From Rebecca billardiae RCC1528 (Eukaryota > Protista > Haptophyta): 64,000 bases of DNA. Positions 13,204 to 26,216 of this stretch are shown here, piece by piece. Made by a program: the position numbers and the translations under genes. How positions within the stretch are numbered: position 1 is the stretch's first letter; the number at the start of each line of letters is the position of its first letter. The DNA lies in the NCBI GenBank assembly GCA_965240325.2, contig OZ251255.1, forward strand, positions 434,001-498,000, read 5' to 3'. The notes beneath the pieces are model-generated. The model ran no database searches. It saw only the letters and a list, made by a program, of their open reading frames with translations, and had not been told where the DNA came from.

Positions 13204-13835
13204 CGGTGCGGCGCGCCTGGGCGGCTCCGCGCGCGCGGCTGCGGCTGCGCACCCTGCGCTGGGGGCGCGCACAAGTGCGGTTGGCGCGGTGCGCAGAGAC
13301 AGGCGGCGGCAGCCACCCCGGCACGGGCACTCGGGAGAGCCCTCCGCCCGTCCGGGTGCGAGAAGAAAGCACCGCGCTTCGTCAATCGAACGCGCCGTCG
13401 CCGAGCTCCATTTTTTTCCCGTCGAACGGAATTCGTCTCCGCAGCGACCGCCGCCCGTGGCCCCGTGGGCACGCCACGACGGCGCCGCCGCCCGCCGCGC
13501 TCTCGGGATGACTGATTGTGGAATCCGACTGTAGCGTGTAGTGTTGCACTCTTCACGAGTCACTACCTCAGCAGCAGCAGCAGCAGTGCCAACCGCAGAC
13601 GGCACTGCATATGGCAGGGCGGCACTCAGCCGGGCCGGCGGACGGCGGCCCGGGCGCGGCCGCTGCGTGCCGCCGGGCCCGCGGCCGCGCCGGACTGGCG
13701 GACGGCCGGTCATGACCGCTGACGATCGGCGACGTGCGATGGGCAGCCAGCTAGCTGGGCGCTCAGTCAGTCAGCGGTTGCCAGTCAGCATGACTCGTAT
13801 ATATATACGGTTCAGTCACTGAGTCAGTCCGGCCG

Positions 13836-15782
<1,947 letters not shown>

Positions 15783-16025
15783 GACGAGACGATGGCTGCC
15801 GACGCGTCGGCTCGGTGCAAAGTCAAAGTCCGGTGGGGCGCAAGGCCCGACGACGGGCGACGGCCCGCGCGCCCGGACGCCACCCGGCCGCTGCCTTTGC
15901 CGAACTTCGGGCAGACGGCGGGTGCGCACTGGCGTCAGCAGCAGACCGGCACGCACGCCGAGTGCCCACGAAGCGGCGGCGCCCGCTCAGCACTTCCGAC
16001 CACCGGCCGCGCGCGCGACGGCGCG

Positions 16026-16353
16026 ATGGGCTCGCCCCCGCGGTGGCCGCGCGGGCACGGGCTGCGGCTCGCCCTCCTCCTCGCGCTGACCGCCGCCCGG
16101 ACCGCCGTCGCCGGACGGCTCGTCGACCAGGACTCGTGCGAGCCGTGTGGTCGGTCGCCTTGCCTCAGCCGCTTCTGCCAGCGCGGCATGTGCGGCGTGA
16201 GCCTGGCGACGATGCAGCTGCAGGCGCAGGGGTGGGCGGTGGAGCTGCCGGACCCATGCACACCCGGCGCGTACACGTGCACGCGCGACAGCGAAGCCAA
16301 GGTCGCGCGCTGCGAGCTCGGCGCCGCGGAGAGCGGCGGCGGCGGCGGCGGCG

Positions 16354-16388
<35 letters not shown>

Positions 16389-16920
16389 GCCGAGCGGCGA
16401 CGGCGGTGGCGGCGGCGGCGGTGGTGCCGCGTGCTTGCCGGCGCCGCCGGTGCCCGCGTGCCTGCCCCCGCGCGACGGCGACGTGCGCCTCCAGCCCACC
16501 TCGCTCGAGCAGCTCGCTACCCAGGTGGGTAGCTACTCACATTACCCGCGCGCGTCCGGCGTACTGATGCTTTACTCGGAGCGTAACGGCTCGGCGGACG
16601 GGCGCGGCGGCGGCGGCACCGTGCGCCGCGCGCACTGGTCGATCACCTGCGGCGGGCGGCGCGCGGACGACCTCCACGCCGTCGCCGCCGCCGCGTGCGC
16701 CGCGCTCGGCGCGCCGACGGCGGGCGCGCGCGGCGCGAGCGTGGCCTTGCTGCCGCTGTTGCAGGCGCTAGCCGACGCGACGGCGGCGGCGGAGCCCGGC
16801 GCGGAGGGCGCCGACGGCGGGCCGAAGCGCTCGGCGACGCAGGCGGCGCGCGCGGGGCTCGCCGCGATGACGGCGCAGCTGCGCTCGCTCTACGGCGCGG
16901 CGGCCGACAGCGGCGGCGGC

Positions 16921-16958
<38 letters not shown>

Positions 16959-17671
16959 GGCAGCGTTGGCGCTTGTCGGCGGCCCGGCGAACCTGTCGAC
17001 GACGATCGTCCCGCTCAAGGCGTGCGGCGGCGCCGACGCGCCGCGCGAGCCCGCCGCCGGCCCGCGCCACTGCCGCGGCAAGCCACTCACCCGGCGCTGC
17101 CCTCTGAACTCCGTCGTGACAGTTACATGCGGGGAGCCTGTGACCGTTACGGAGGCTGTTACGGAGGAGGCGGGCGGTGGGGAGGATGGCGCGGCGGTGG
17201 GTGGCGGCGGCGCGGAGGCCGAGCGCGCGGGCTCGGACGTGCACGCGCCGAGCGCGCAGTCGCTGCTCGGTGCGTCAAGCGGCGGCGCCAACCCTAACCC
17301 TAACCCTAACCCTAACCCTGCCGCCATCAGCCGCCAGTGTGGCAGCGCTGGCGCCGCGCCGCCGGTGCCGTGCGCGGTGCCCTCGCCCCCGCCGCCCGCG
17401 CGCGACGCGGGCGGCGGCGGCGGCGGCGGCGGCTCGTCCGCGCACGCGGGCGCGGGCGGCGGCGGCGGCGGCGCTGGCGGCGGCTCTGGCGATGCAGCGG
17501 CCGGCGGCGGCGGCGGCGCGCGCGCCGGCGGCGGGAGCGGCGGCGGCGCTGCCGGCAGCCAGGCCGACGGCGGCGATGCCGAGGCCGACGGCACGCGCGC
17601 GCCCGCCGAGTGCCCCCGCCTCTTCGCGCCCACGCCGCAGCTCGTCGGCCTCGACTTGTATTGCGTGCACA

Positions 17672-17705
<34 letters not shown>

Positions 17706-17906
17706 CGGCGCGGGCGGCGCGGGCGGCGCGGGCGGCGCGGGCGGCGCTGGCGGCGCGGGCGGCGAGGGTGGCGCGGCGGGCGGCGGCGCGGCGGGCGGCG
17801 GTGCGGCGGATGCACCGGTCGTGTGCTTCCTCCGCCGCGCGCTCCCGGACCCGGCCGGTGCGGCAGCGGAGCCCGGCGGCGGTGGGCCGCGCGTCGGCGG
17901 CGGCGT

Positions 17907-17979
<73 letters not shown>

Positions 17980-20900
17980 TGGGGCGGTGGGTACGGCGCA
18001 GGCGGCTATGGCGGCGGCGGCGCCGGGCCGCTGGGCGGCGGCGGCATCCCCACCAACCCGGCGGGCGTCACCGACTGCGCCGCGTTCGACACCGCGCGCG
18101 CGTGCCCCAGCGCGACCGCCGCCGCCAACGGCGGCGGCGGCCATGCTGACGGCGGCGGCGGCCATGCTGACGGCGGCGGCGGCCATGCTGACGGCGGCTG
18201 GCGTCCGCTGCTGCTGCAGAACGGCGCGTACCTGTGCGCGGGCGACGCGCCCGCCGCGCCGCCGCCGCCGGCGGCGCTCTCGGCCGACGCGCCCGCCGCG
18301 GTGCTCGCGCAGTCGCGCCGCCGGCCGCGCGTGCTATGCTTGCTCTCCGGACCGGCCTCGCTGCCCCCCGGTGCGCTGGGCGCGGCGGGCGACGGCGCGA
18401 CGCGCCTGCTCGGCGCGGTCGACGCGCACGGCCTCTCGATCCCAAAGTGCATGGAGGGCGTGCCGCCCGCCGTCGGCGCGGAGCGCACGAGCCCGGTCGG
18501 GCTGCACCTCGGCCCCGCGCCCGCGCCGGGCGGCGGCGAGGGCGAAGGCGGCGGCGGCGGCGCGCCTCCGCCGTCGGATGACGCGGCGGCGGGCGCGGCC
18601 ATTGCCGGGCTGCGGCTAAGCGTCTGCGCCGCTGGCGCTTTCTGCCCGAACCTGTTCAACCGGACTCTGTGCCCGCCCGGACACTACTGCCTGCCGGGCG
18701 CGGTGTCGCCGGCGGTGTGCGAGCCCGATCTGTTCCTCGGCGCGCGCCGCGTGCTCGGCGCGCCATTTGGGCTGCGGCCGCGCGGCGCGGCCGAGCGCTG
18801 CCCGGCGGGCAGCGCGCGCGCGCCGCAGCGGCGCGCGTGGGTCGGCGCGCTGGCGCTGGGGGGCGCGTTCGTGGTGGCGGCGCTGCGCGACCTGGACCGG
18901 CACAAGCGGCGGAGCGCGGCGAAGCGCCGGGCGTCCGACGACACCGCCGCCGCCGCCTCGAGCCCGCCGCTCGCGAATCTGCATGTCGAGATTGCGCGCC
19001 TCACGCGCGTGGTCCAAGTAGCCATCGGCGCGGGGCGCGCGCGCGGCGGCGTGCCGCGGCCGGGCGACGGCACGGCGGGCGCGTTCGTCGGCGCGGCGGA
19101 GGCGGACGGCGCGGCGGTGCCCGCGCCGATGGCGGCGGCGCTCGCGGCCGCGGACGAGCGCGCCGCGCCGCGCGGCGGCCGCGCGGCCGCGGACGCGGCC
19201 GCGGACGCAGAGGCTGGCCTCGGCGGCGTGCTGGGCGGCGCGCTCGGCCGGCGTTGGCGCGGCGCCGCCGGGCTGGACGCGGCGGGCCCGGGCGGCGGGG
19301 AGGACGGCGGCTTCGCCAAGCTCTCCGACCGGATCTCCTTCCAATTTGAGGAGCTCGGCTTGCGCGTGCGCGTGCCCCCCGCGGTCGCGGCGCGGCGGCG
19401 CGCCGCGTCGGCCGCGGCCGCGGCCGCGGCTGCGGCCGCGGGCGCGGCGCCGGGCGCCGTGCCGGCGCTGGCTGGGGCGGCGGCGGCGGGCAAGGGCGGC
19501 GGCGGCGCGCCGAGCACGCCGCCGCACGCGGGCCGGCGCGGGCACCAGCCGCACGCCTCGCCGCCCCCCGCCTCACCCGGCCAGCTCGCCGCGGCCGCCG
19601 GCGGCGCCACGCTCGAGGAAGCCGGCGAATGGTTGCGCGTGTTGCACTCGGTGACGGGCTCGATCGAGCACTCGTCGCTCACGGCGGTGATGGGCGTGTC
19701 GGGCTGCGGCAAGTCGTCGTTCCTCAACGTGCTCTGCGGCCGCGCGCAGTACGGCGTCCCCACCGGCACGCTGCGCCTCAACGGCCGCGACGAGTCCGGT
19801 GCCGAGTCCGGTGGCGGCGGCGGCGGCATGGGCCGACACCGCGCCAGGTTGGGCTTTGTGCCGCAGGACGACTGCGTGCGCGAGGCGCTGACGGTCTTCG
19901 AGAACGTGCTGCTCTCCGCGCGGCTGCGGCTGCCGCGCGGCACGACGGCCGCGCGCGCGCGCGCGCTGTCCGCGCACGTCCTCCGGACTCTCGGGCTCGA
20001 AGGAGTCCGGGACTCGGTGGTGGGCTCTGCGTCGAAGCGCGGAATCTCTGGCGGGCAGCGCAAGCGTGTCAACATCGGCCTCGAGCTCGCGGCGGACCCG
20101 CTCGCGCTCTTCCTCGACGAGCCGACGTCCGGGCTCGACGCGACGACGGCCGAGCTCGTCCTGCTCGCGCTGCGCCGGCTCACGCGTAACGGCCGCACGG
20201 TCGTAACGGTCTTGCACCAGCCGCGATACTCGGCGTTCCGACTGCTCGACCGGCTGCTGCTGCTCGGGGTGGGCGGGCGCACGCTCTTCTGCGGGCCGCC
20301 GCTCAAGGTGGTGCCGTACCTCGGCGCGGCGGGCTATCCGATGCCGTACGCCGAGAACCCGGCGGATTTTATGCTCGACGTCGCGTCGGGTCTTATCCCG
20401 CCGCGCCGCCGAGCCGCCGGCGGCGAGGGCGGTGCAGGCGGCGCGGCGGGCGCGGTGGCGGCGGCGGCGGCGGCGGACGGCGGCGGCGTGGTGGGTGTGA
20501 GCCTGGACGGCACGGACGAAATCGAGCGCGAGCGCGGCGGCCGCGGCGGCGGCGGCGACTCCGAGCCCTCCGCCGAGCTCCGCACAGAGGCCGCCACCCT
20601 GCAGCTCGCCGCCGCGTGGCGCGCGCTCAGCGGCACCCTGGGCAGTCTCGCGGACGAAGTGCCGCCGCCGACCGCCGTGTTCAGCCAGTCGCAGCGGCTC
20701 GCGGCGCTGGGCGCGTGGCGCGTCGCGCTGGCGGCGGCGAGGCCCGTCGAGCCCGCGGGGCCCGCCGCGGCCGCAGCCGCCGCCGCGGCCGCTGCGACGC
20801 CGCAGCAAGCGCCCAGCGGCCTCGACGGCGCCGCCGCCGAGCCGCCGCCGGCCGCGCGGCGCGTCGAGCGCGCGCGCGCGTTCGCGCGCTCGTGGCGGCT

Positions 20901-23900
20901 CGCGCGGCGCGCGCCCGCGCTCGCGCGGCGGTGCGCGGCGCTCGCCGCCGAGGGGCAGCTGCACGTGCTCGACTGGCCAGGTGTGTGCCGCCGTCTTTGC
21001 GCGCGCAATACATGAAACGGGCTGCTTGTTCCTTTCTTCGCGCGCGCGCGAACGCGCGCGACGGCGCGTGCGCGCACCGCCGCCGCCGTGCGCGCGCGCG
21101 CTGACGCGCGCGCCGCCCGCGCGCTTTCGCGCGCGATATGTTCGCGCCGCCGCCGCCGCCGCGCGCTTTCGCGCGCGCGCAGTGCTGCTGAACGAACTCG
21201 AGGGCCTCGTGCGCGCGGGCGTGCTCACGCGCTCACAGCTCACGCTCCTCGCCGCGCGGCTGCGCGGCCAGCTGGAGCGATCGCGCGCAGACACGCTGGC
21301 GTCGGCGCGCGCGTCGGCGCGCGCGGCGCCGGGCGGCGCGGCGGCGTGCGGCGGCGCCGTCGCCGCCGCGGCGGCGGACACCGCGGCGGAGGGCATGGCA
21401 GACGCGGCGGCGGCGGACGCGTGCATCGGCCGTGGTGCGCTCGCGCGCGCGCCGCGCCGCGCCGCACCTCCGCCTTTCCCGCCCGTGGGACGCGCCGCCG
21501 CCGCGCCGCCGCGCCGCGCCGCCGCCGCGCGCCCACGCACGCGCGCGCCGCGCCCTCGCGCGCGCGCGCAGCCGAGTTTGAGGCGGTGCTCAGCATGGCT
21601 GCCTCCTCGCGGGTGGAGGATTTTGACCTCGACCGGGACGGCCGGATTTCCGCGGACGAGTTCTTCACGTATCAGCTTGAGGTCTACGGGCTGGCGGAGG
21701 CGGAGGTGTGGGCGCGCTGGCGGCAGCTGCAGAGCTTGCGCCGCGGCGGTGCGCGCGGTGGCGGCGGGGGTAGCGCGCGCGCGGCGGAGGCGGGCGCGCT
21801 CGGGGGCGGCGGAGGCAGCCGCGGCGGCGCCGGGCCCGCGCCTGCCACGCTCGGAGGCGCGGCCGAGGACGGCGGCGGCGGCGGCGGCGGCGCGCTGCCG
21901 ATGGCCGCGGTGGGCGCGGTCGAGTCACTTCAGCCGGTGCGGCTGCGCGCCACGCCCGGCTTTGGCAGCCAGCTGGCGGTACTCGTGGGCTCATATGCTG
22001 CGCAGCAGGTGCGCGCGTGTGCGCGTGCGGCCGCGGGTGCACGCGGCGGCAGCGTACGCCCGCGCCTCGCTGCCTGTGCGCGTGTGTGTGCGCACGGCGC
22101 ACGCGGCGGCAGCGCACGCCCGCCACACCCGCCGCCGCGCGCCGCCGCGCGCGCGCGCGCTCGCTGACGGCATGCGCCGCGGGCGCGCCCGCCGCGGCTC
22201 ACACGCCCGGCGCGCGCGCGCGCGCTCCGCCACGCAGCGCCGCGTGTCCGGCGGCCTCGCCGCCGCCCTCGACTGGCTCGCGATGGCGCTGGTCGCGGCG
22301 TTCGTGGGCGGGCTGCAGCGCGCGCAGCTGCCCGATAACTATGGCCGTCTACCCACGTTGTATGCACTCACCCTGACGCTATTTAGCCTGTTCGTCGGGC
22401 TCTCGTCCGGTGCGGGAGATTGCGATCTCGCGGCGCGCCGCGCGCGCGGCGGGGTTGCTGCTGCGGGCGGCGGGCGGTGCTGCCGCGCCGCGCGGCGAGC
22501 ACGCGGCGGGTGCCCCCGCCTCCGCGCCGCGCCGTCGGAACTCGGCGGCCGCGCATGCGCGACGGCCGCGCCCACACACGCGCACTCACGGCCGCCGGCG
22601 CGCGCCCCCCCTTCCCGCCACCGCTCCCCCGGCCCGCGCTGCGCACCAGTCCGCTCCTTCGCCTTCGACACGCCGTCCTTCTGGCGCGAGTCGGCGGCGG
22701 GCGTCTCGCCCCTCGCATTCTTTGCCAGCCGCGCGCTCGCCGACCTGCCGCCGCTTGTTGCGCGCTGCGCCGTGTTCGGGGTGGTGTTTTGGTCGGCGGC
22801 GGCGCTGAACGTGACGCTACAAACGCTGCTGCTGCTGCTGCTCGCGGTGATGCTCTGCGCGTCCGGTGCGCGCGCGCGTGCGCCCGCCCGCCGCCGGAGG
22901 GGGGGGGCGCGCGCCGCCAAGCGCCCGCGCCGCCGCCACTCGCCGCCGCGCCGCGCCGCCTGCCCTACCCACCGCCGCGCCGCCCGCCCGTCCGCCCCCT
23001 CCGCCCCCTCCGCCGCCGCGGCGCGCGCGCGCGCGCGCAGGGCTGGGGTACCTGATCGCCATCCTCGCGCCCGCCTCCGTCTCCGTCACCGCCACCGGCG
23101 TGCTCATCTGCGTTCTCTGCGGCTTCTTTGGGGGCGTGGTGCCAACTGTCGCCGAGGCGCGCGCGCCGCTGATGCGCGCCTCGCTCGGCGCGAGTTACGG
23201 GCGGTGGGCGCTGCAGTGCCTCGCGGCGGAGGACTTTGGCGGGATCCCGTCCGCGCTGTACGCCATCGTGGGCGAGGAGCTCATCGAGGTGCGCACCCCA
23301 TCAGCCCGAACCCAAACCCGAACCCTAACCCTAACCCGAACCCCAGCCCGAACCCTAGCCCCAAACCTCGCCGCGCCGCGCCCCGCGCTGCCGCCGCGCC
23401 GCGCGCGCGCTCACGCCCGCCGCGCCTCCCGCCCTCGCGCCCGCGCCCGCGCCCCGGCGGCAGGCGGCGGGGTACCCGTCGCCCGCGGCGCTGCGCGAGG
23501 CGGGCGCCGGCCCGTGCGACACGCCCCTCGCCGTGCTCCTCACCATCGGCCTCCTCCTCCGCGCCGCCGGCGCCGCCGCGCTTCTTCTGACACACCGCGA
23601 CAAGCAGCATCGGTCGCCGCCGTGCGGCGCGGCGCCGGCGCGCGGCGCGCGCGCGCTGCACGGCATCGCGGCGACGCTCGAGGTGAGCGCGGTGGCGGCG
23701 CGAGATTCGATCTCGCCGCCGAGGCACGGCTCGCGCCAGCAGCCGCGCGTGCCGTGGTCGCCGCTCAGCGCGCAGCCGCAGCCGACGGGGGCGCACGCCG
23801 GCGGCGCCGCTGACTCGTTGACGGGTGGCACGCCGCCGCCGCCGCCGCTGGCGCTTGGCGACGCCGCCGCCGCCGCCGGCGGCGGCGGTGCCGCCGCCGA

Positions 23901-24057
23901 GTTTGTCGACGCGCGCGACGCGCGCTCGCGCTCGCACTCGCAGTCGCCCGCGCGGCCGGGCGCCACGGGGCCAGCGCAGGCTGGCGCAGCCGGCGGTCCG
24001 CCGGGCGAGGCGGGCGCGCAGACGCAGCGAGGCGCCGGCTGGGCGCGGCTGCTCTAG
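16026..24057 (+). CDS. ABCG (white/brown) half-transporter with signal peptide, Cys-rich extracellular N-terminus and an EF-hand; multi-exon
   Basis: Signal peptide from ATG 16026. CAAGAFCP..CPPGHYC repeats, then a TM helix. Walker A GVSGCGKS, signature ISGGQRKR, Walker B LFLDEPTSGLD, H-loop TVLHQP, ENPADF. TMD exons include FWRESAAGVS and SYGRWAL. Apparent frameshift near 16353. Exon boundaries are only partly resolved. Confidence 0.88.
17290..17319 (+). repeat. Interstitial telomere-type (CCCTAA)n array
   Basis: AACCCT repeated about 5 times. Similar arrays at 12361..12379, about 23310..23345 and 43718..43732. Confidence 0.85.
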
Positions 24058-24482
24058 AGCGGAGGTAGGACGCCGCCGCCTGCCACTCGCTACACCCAGC
24101 CGCGCCGGCCTCGCCATCGGCATGCTCGTTGCGTCGTGGCGGCTGCGGCGGGCCCGCTCAGCCGAGCGGCGGAGTGGGCGGTGCTCTGGCCACCGCAACT
24201 GCGCCAACGCGACTTCTGCAGGCCGGCGCCCGGCGCGGATACTAGGCTGCTGCTGGAAAGTGATGCGTGCGCTGCGTGCTGCTGCGTGTTTCAACGCGAC
24301 TCGCGTCATGTCGGCTAGCATCAGTAGCGCAGACTACGCGTGACACTGCTGATGCTACTGCTATACGACGCGACTACTACTACGATATGACGACGACACT
24401 CGCCGGACGGAGCATCACGACGCAGCAAGATCATCGTCCGCCGCCGGCGGATCGGTCGGATCGGACGGCCGGCGCAGACAAA

Positions 24483-24486
24483 TAAT

Positions 24487-24531
<45 letters not shown>

Positions 24532-24539
24532 TAATATAT
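24483..24539. repeat. (TA)n microsatellite
   Basis: Direct reading. A second (TA)n lies at about 25660..25690. Confidence 0.9.
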
Positions 24540-25657
24540 CGAAATGATGATGCGCGCACGCAGCATTCCGCCTACTATACAAGTGCTGATATATCCCCTC
24601 TTAGACCACAGTGTCTAACGAGAACTTTAGTCGGGCCAACCGTCGGCGGCCCTTGGCAACATGGCCATTGACGGCCGGTAGAGGCCGACAGTAAGGCAGG
24701 ATCCAGGCGGAGGCTCTCACCAGAGTTGGCGGCGCCGCGCGCGTCGCGCGCGCGCGCAAGGACTAAGGAGAGACACCATTCGGATCGTAGCTGGCAGCCA
24801 AGGGCCCAGTAGGCAGCCGAACGCGTGAGGCCTCGGAGAGAGGTAGCTGGCAAATGGAACATCCAGGACGTACAAACGTACTTGGATGCAGCCGTACGGG
24901 CAATACGTATGATGCAGAGGTACACTGTCGCGCGACAGGAAGAGTGTGAAGTACGATCAGTCATCGCCGCCGCGCGCGCGCGCGCGCGCCAGTGCAGAAG
25001 GGAGAGGACAGGCGGAGCCGGGACCAAACGCGGAGCCCACGAAGGCAGAGGCTCGTGCGACACACGAGGATCACACGCCGCACGAGGACCGTGGCCGGGT
25101 GCGGCCCCCGAGCAGCGGGCAGAGGCAACCTATCGACGGTCGCCGCACCGAGTGGCAGCCATTTCGTCCTGCGGCGAAGTCTTGCGGCCGGGCGCGCCTC
25201 CTGCGCCGCGCCCCCGGCGCGGAGAGTGGACGGGCGCGGGGTTGCGCCTTGCGCCGGCGCATCTGTGCGCGTGCCCACCCAAGCGCACGTGTTTGCGTCG
25301 CGCTTCGAAGGAGGGGGCTGGCACCTATCTTGGGGAGGGAGGCTTGAAGGCGGCATGCCGGCTGAAGAGCAGGGTCGCTCCCCCCCGCACAGTAGGAATC
25401 AAAGCTCTTTTCCCTCCCACCCGCCCGCATTCATTTTCGTTGTTACGGAATTCCATCTTTTCCGGCGAGCAAGCCGAGCCTGTTGAAGCAAATGAAACGG
25501 CTTCATCAACCAACCTTGTTAATCAATGGACCGACAATTTTGCTGGTTGCCAGCGCTTTTTCTTTTCGCCGTAGGAAAGGAATCGTGGGGGAATCGTTGT
25601 CTGTTGCCCAAGGTATCCACAGTCAGTGGGTCCCTGGCAAAAGACAATGACGAACAA

Positions 25658-25691
<34 letters not shown>

Positions 25692-26216
25692 TATCGCTTA
25701 CTTCAGCGGTGACCATGGAGTCCGACTCTGCCCCAAAGAAAGCGGACGAATCATCGGATGGAACATTGCTGGTTCGGCATCAACATCAATATCAAGACTA
25801 GACCGCCCACAAGTTCAGAGACACTGTAACTTGCTTGAACAAACGTTGGGCTCACCAATCGACCACTCCCGCGAAGCCGAGGTCAAATGTACAAACGTTG
25901 ATGAACCTCGTCTCGCGGTGAGCCTCTGCTTTCTGCTTGCTCGCGTAAGGAGATGGCGGAGGCAAAGCCACTAACAATAACAAGGGCGCTCGGGCTGAAA
26001 GGCCCGGGCGTCCGCCCCCCACACTCGTTCCGGTCGGGGGCCGCCCATTAAAGCAAGGACGCAGTGGGGGGAGCGGGAACTTAGGCGCGCGCGCGCGCGC
26101 GCGCGGTAGTTTGCCAGCTGAGGACTAGCAGTGTTATTCTATCCGACTATGCTGCTGATGTCTGCTGTGGTTGCTGGCGGACTGATGCCAGCGCTTGCGG
26201 ACTCCGCGGCGGCACC

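Noticed and set aside
24540-25660. Possible transposon between two (TA)n tracts
   Set aside because: No TIR, TSD or coding remnant could be identified.
25890-26020. Hammerhead ribozyme
   Set aside because: No CUGAUGA core with correctly placed stems.
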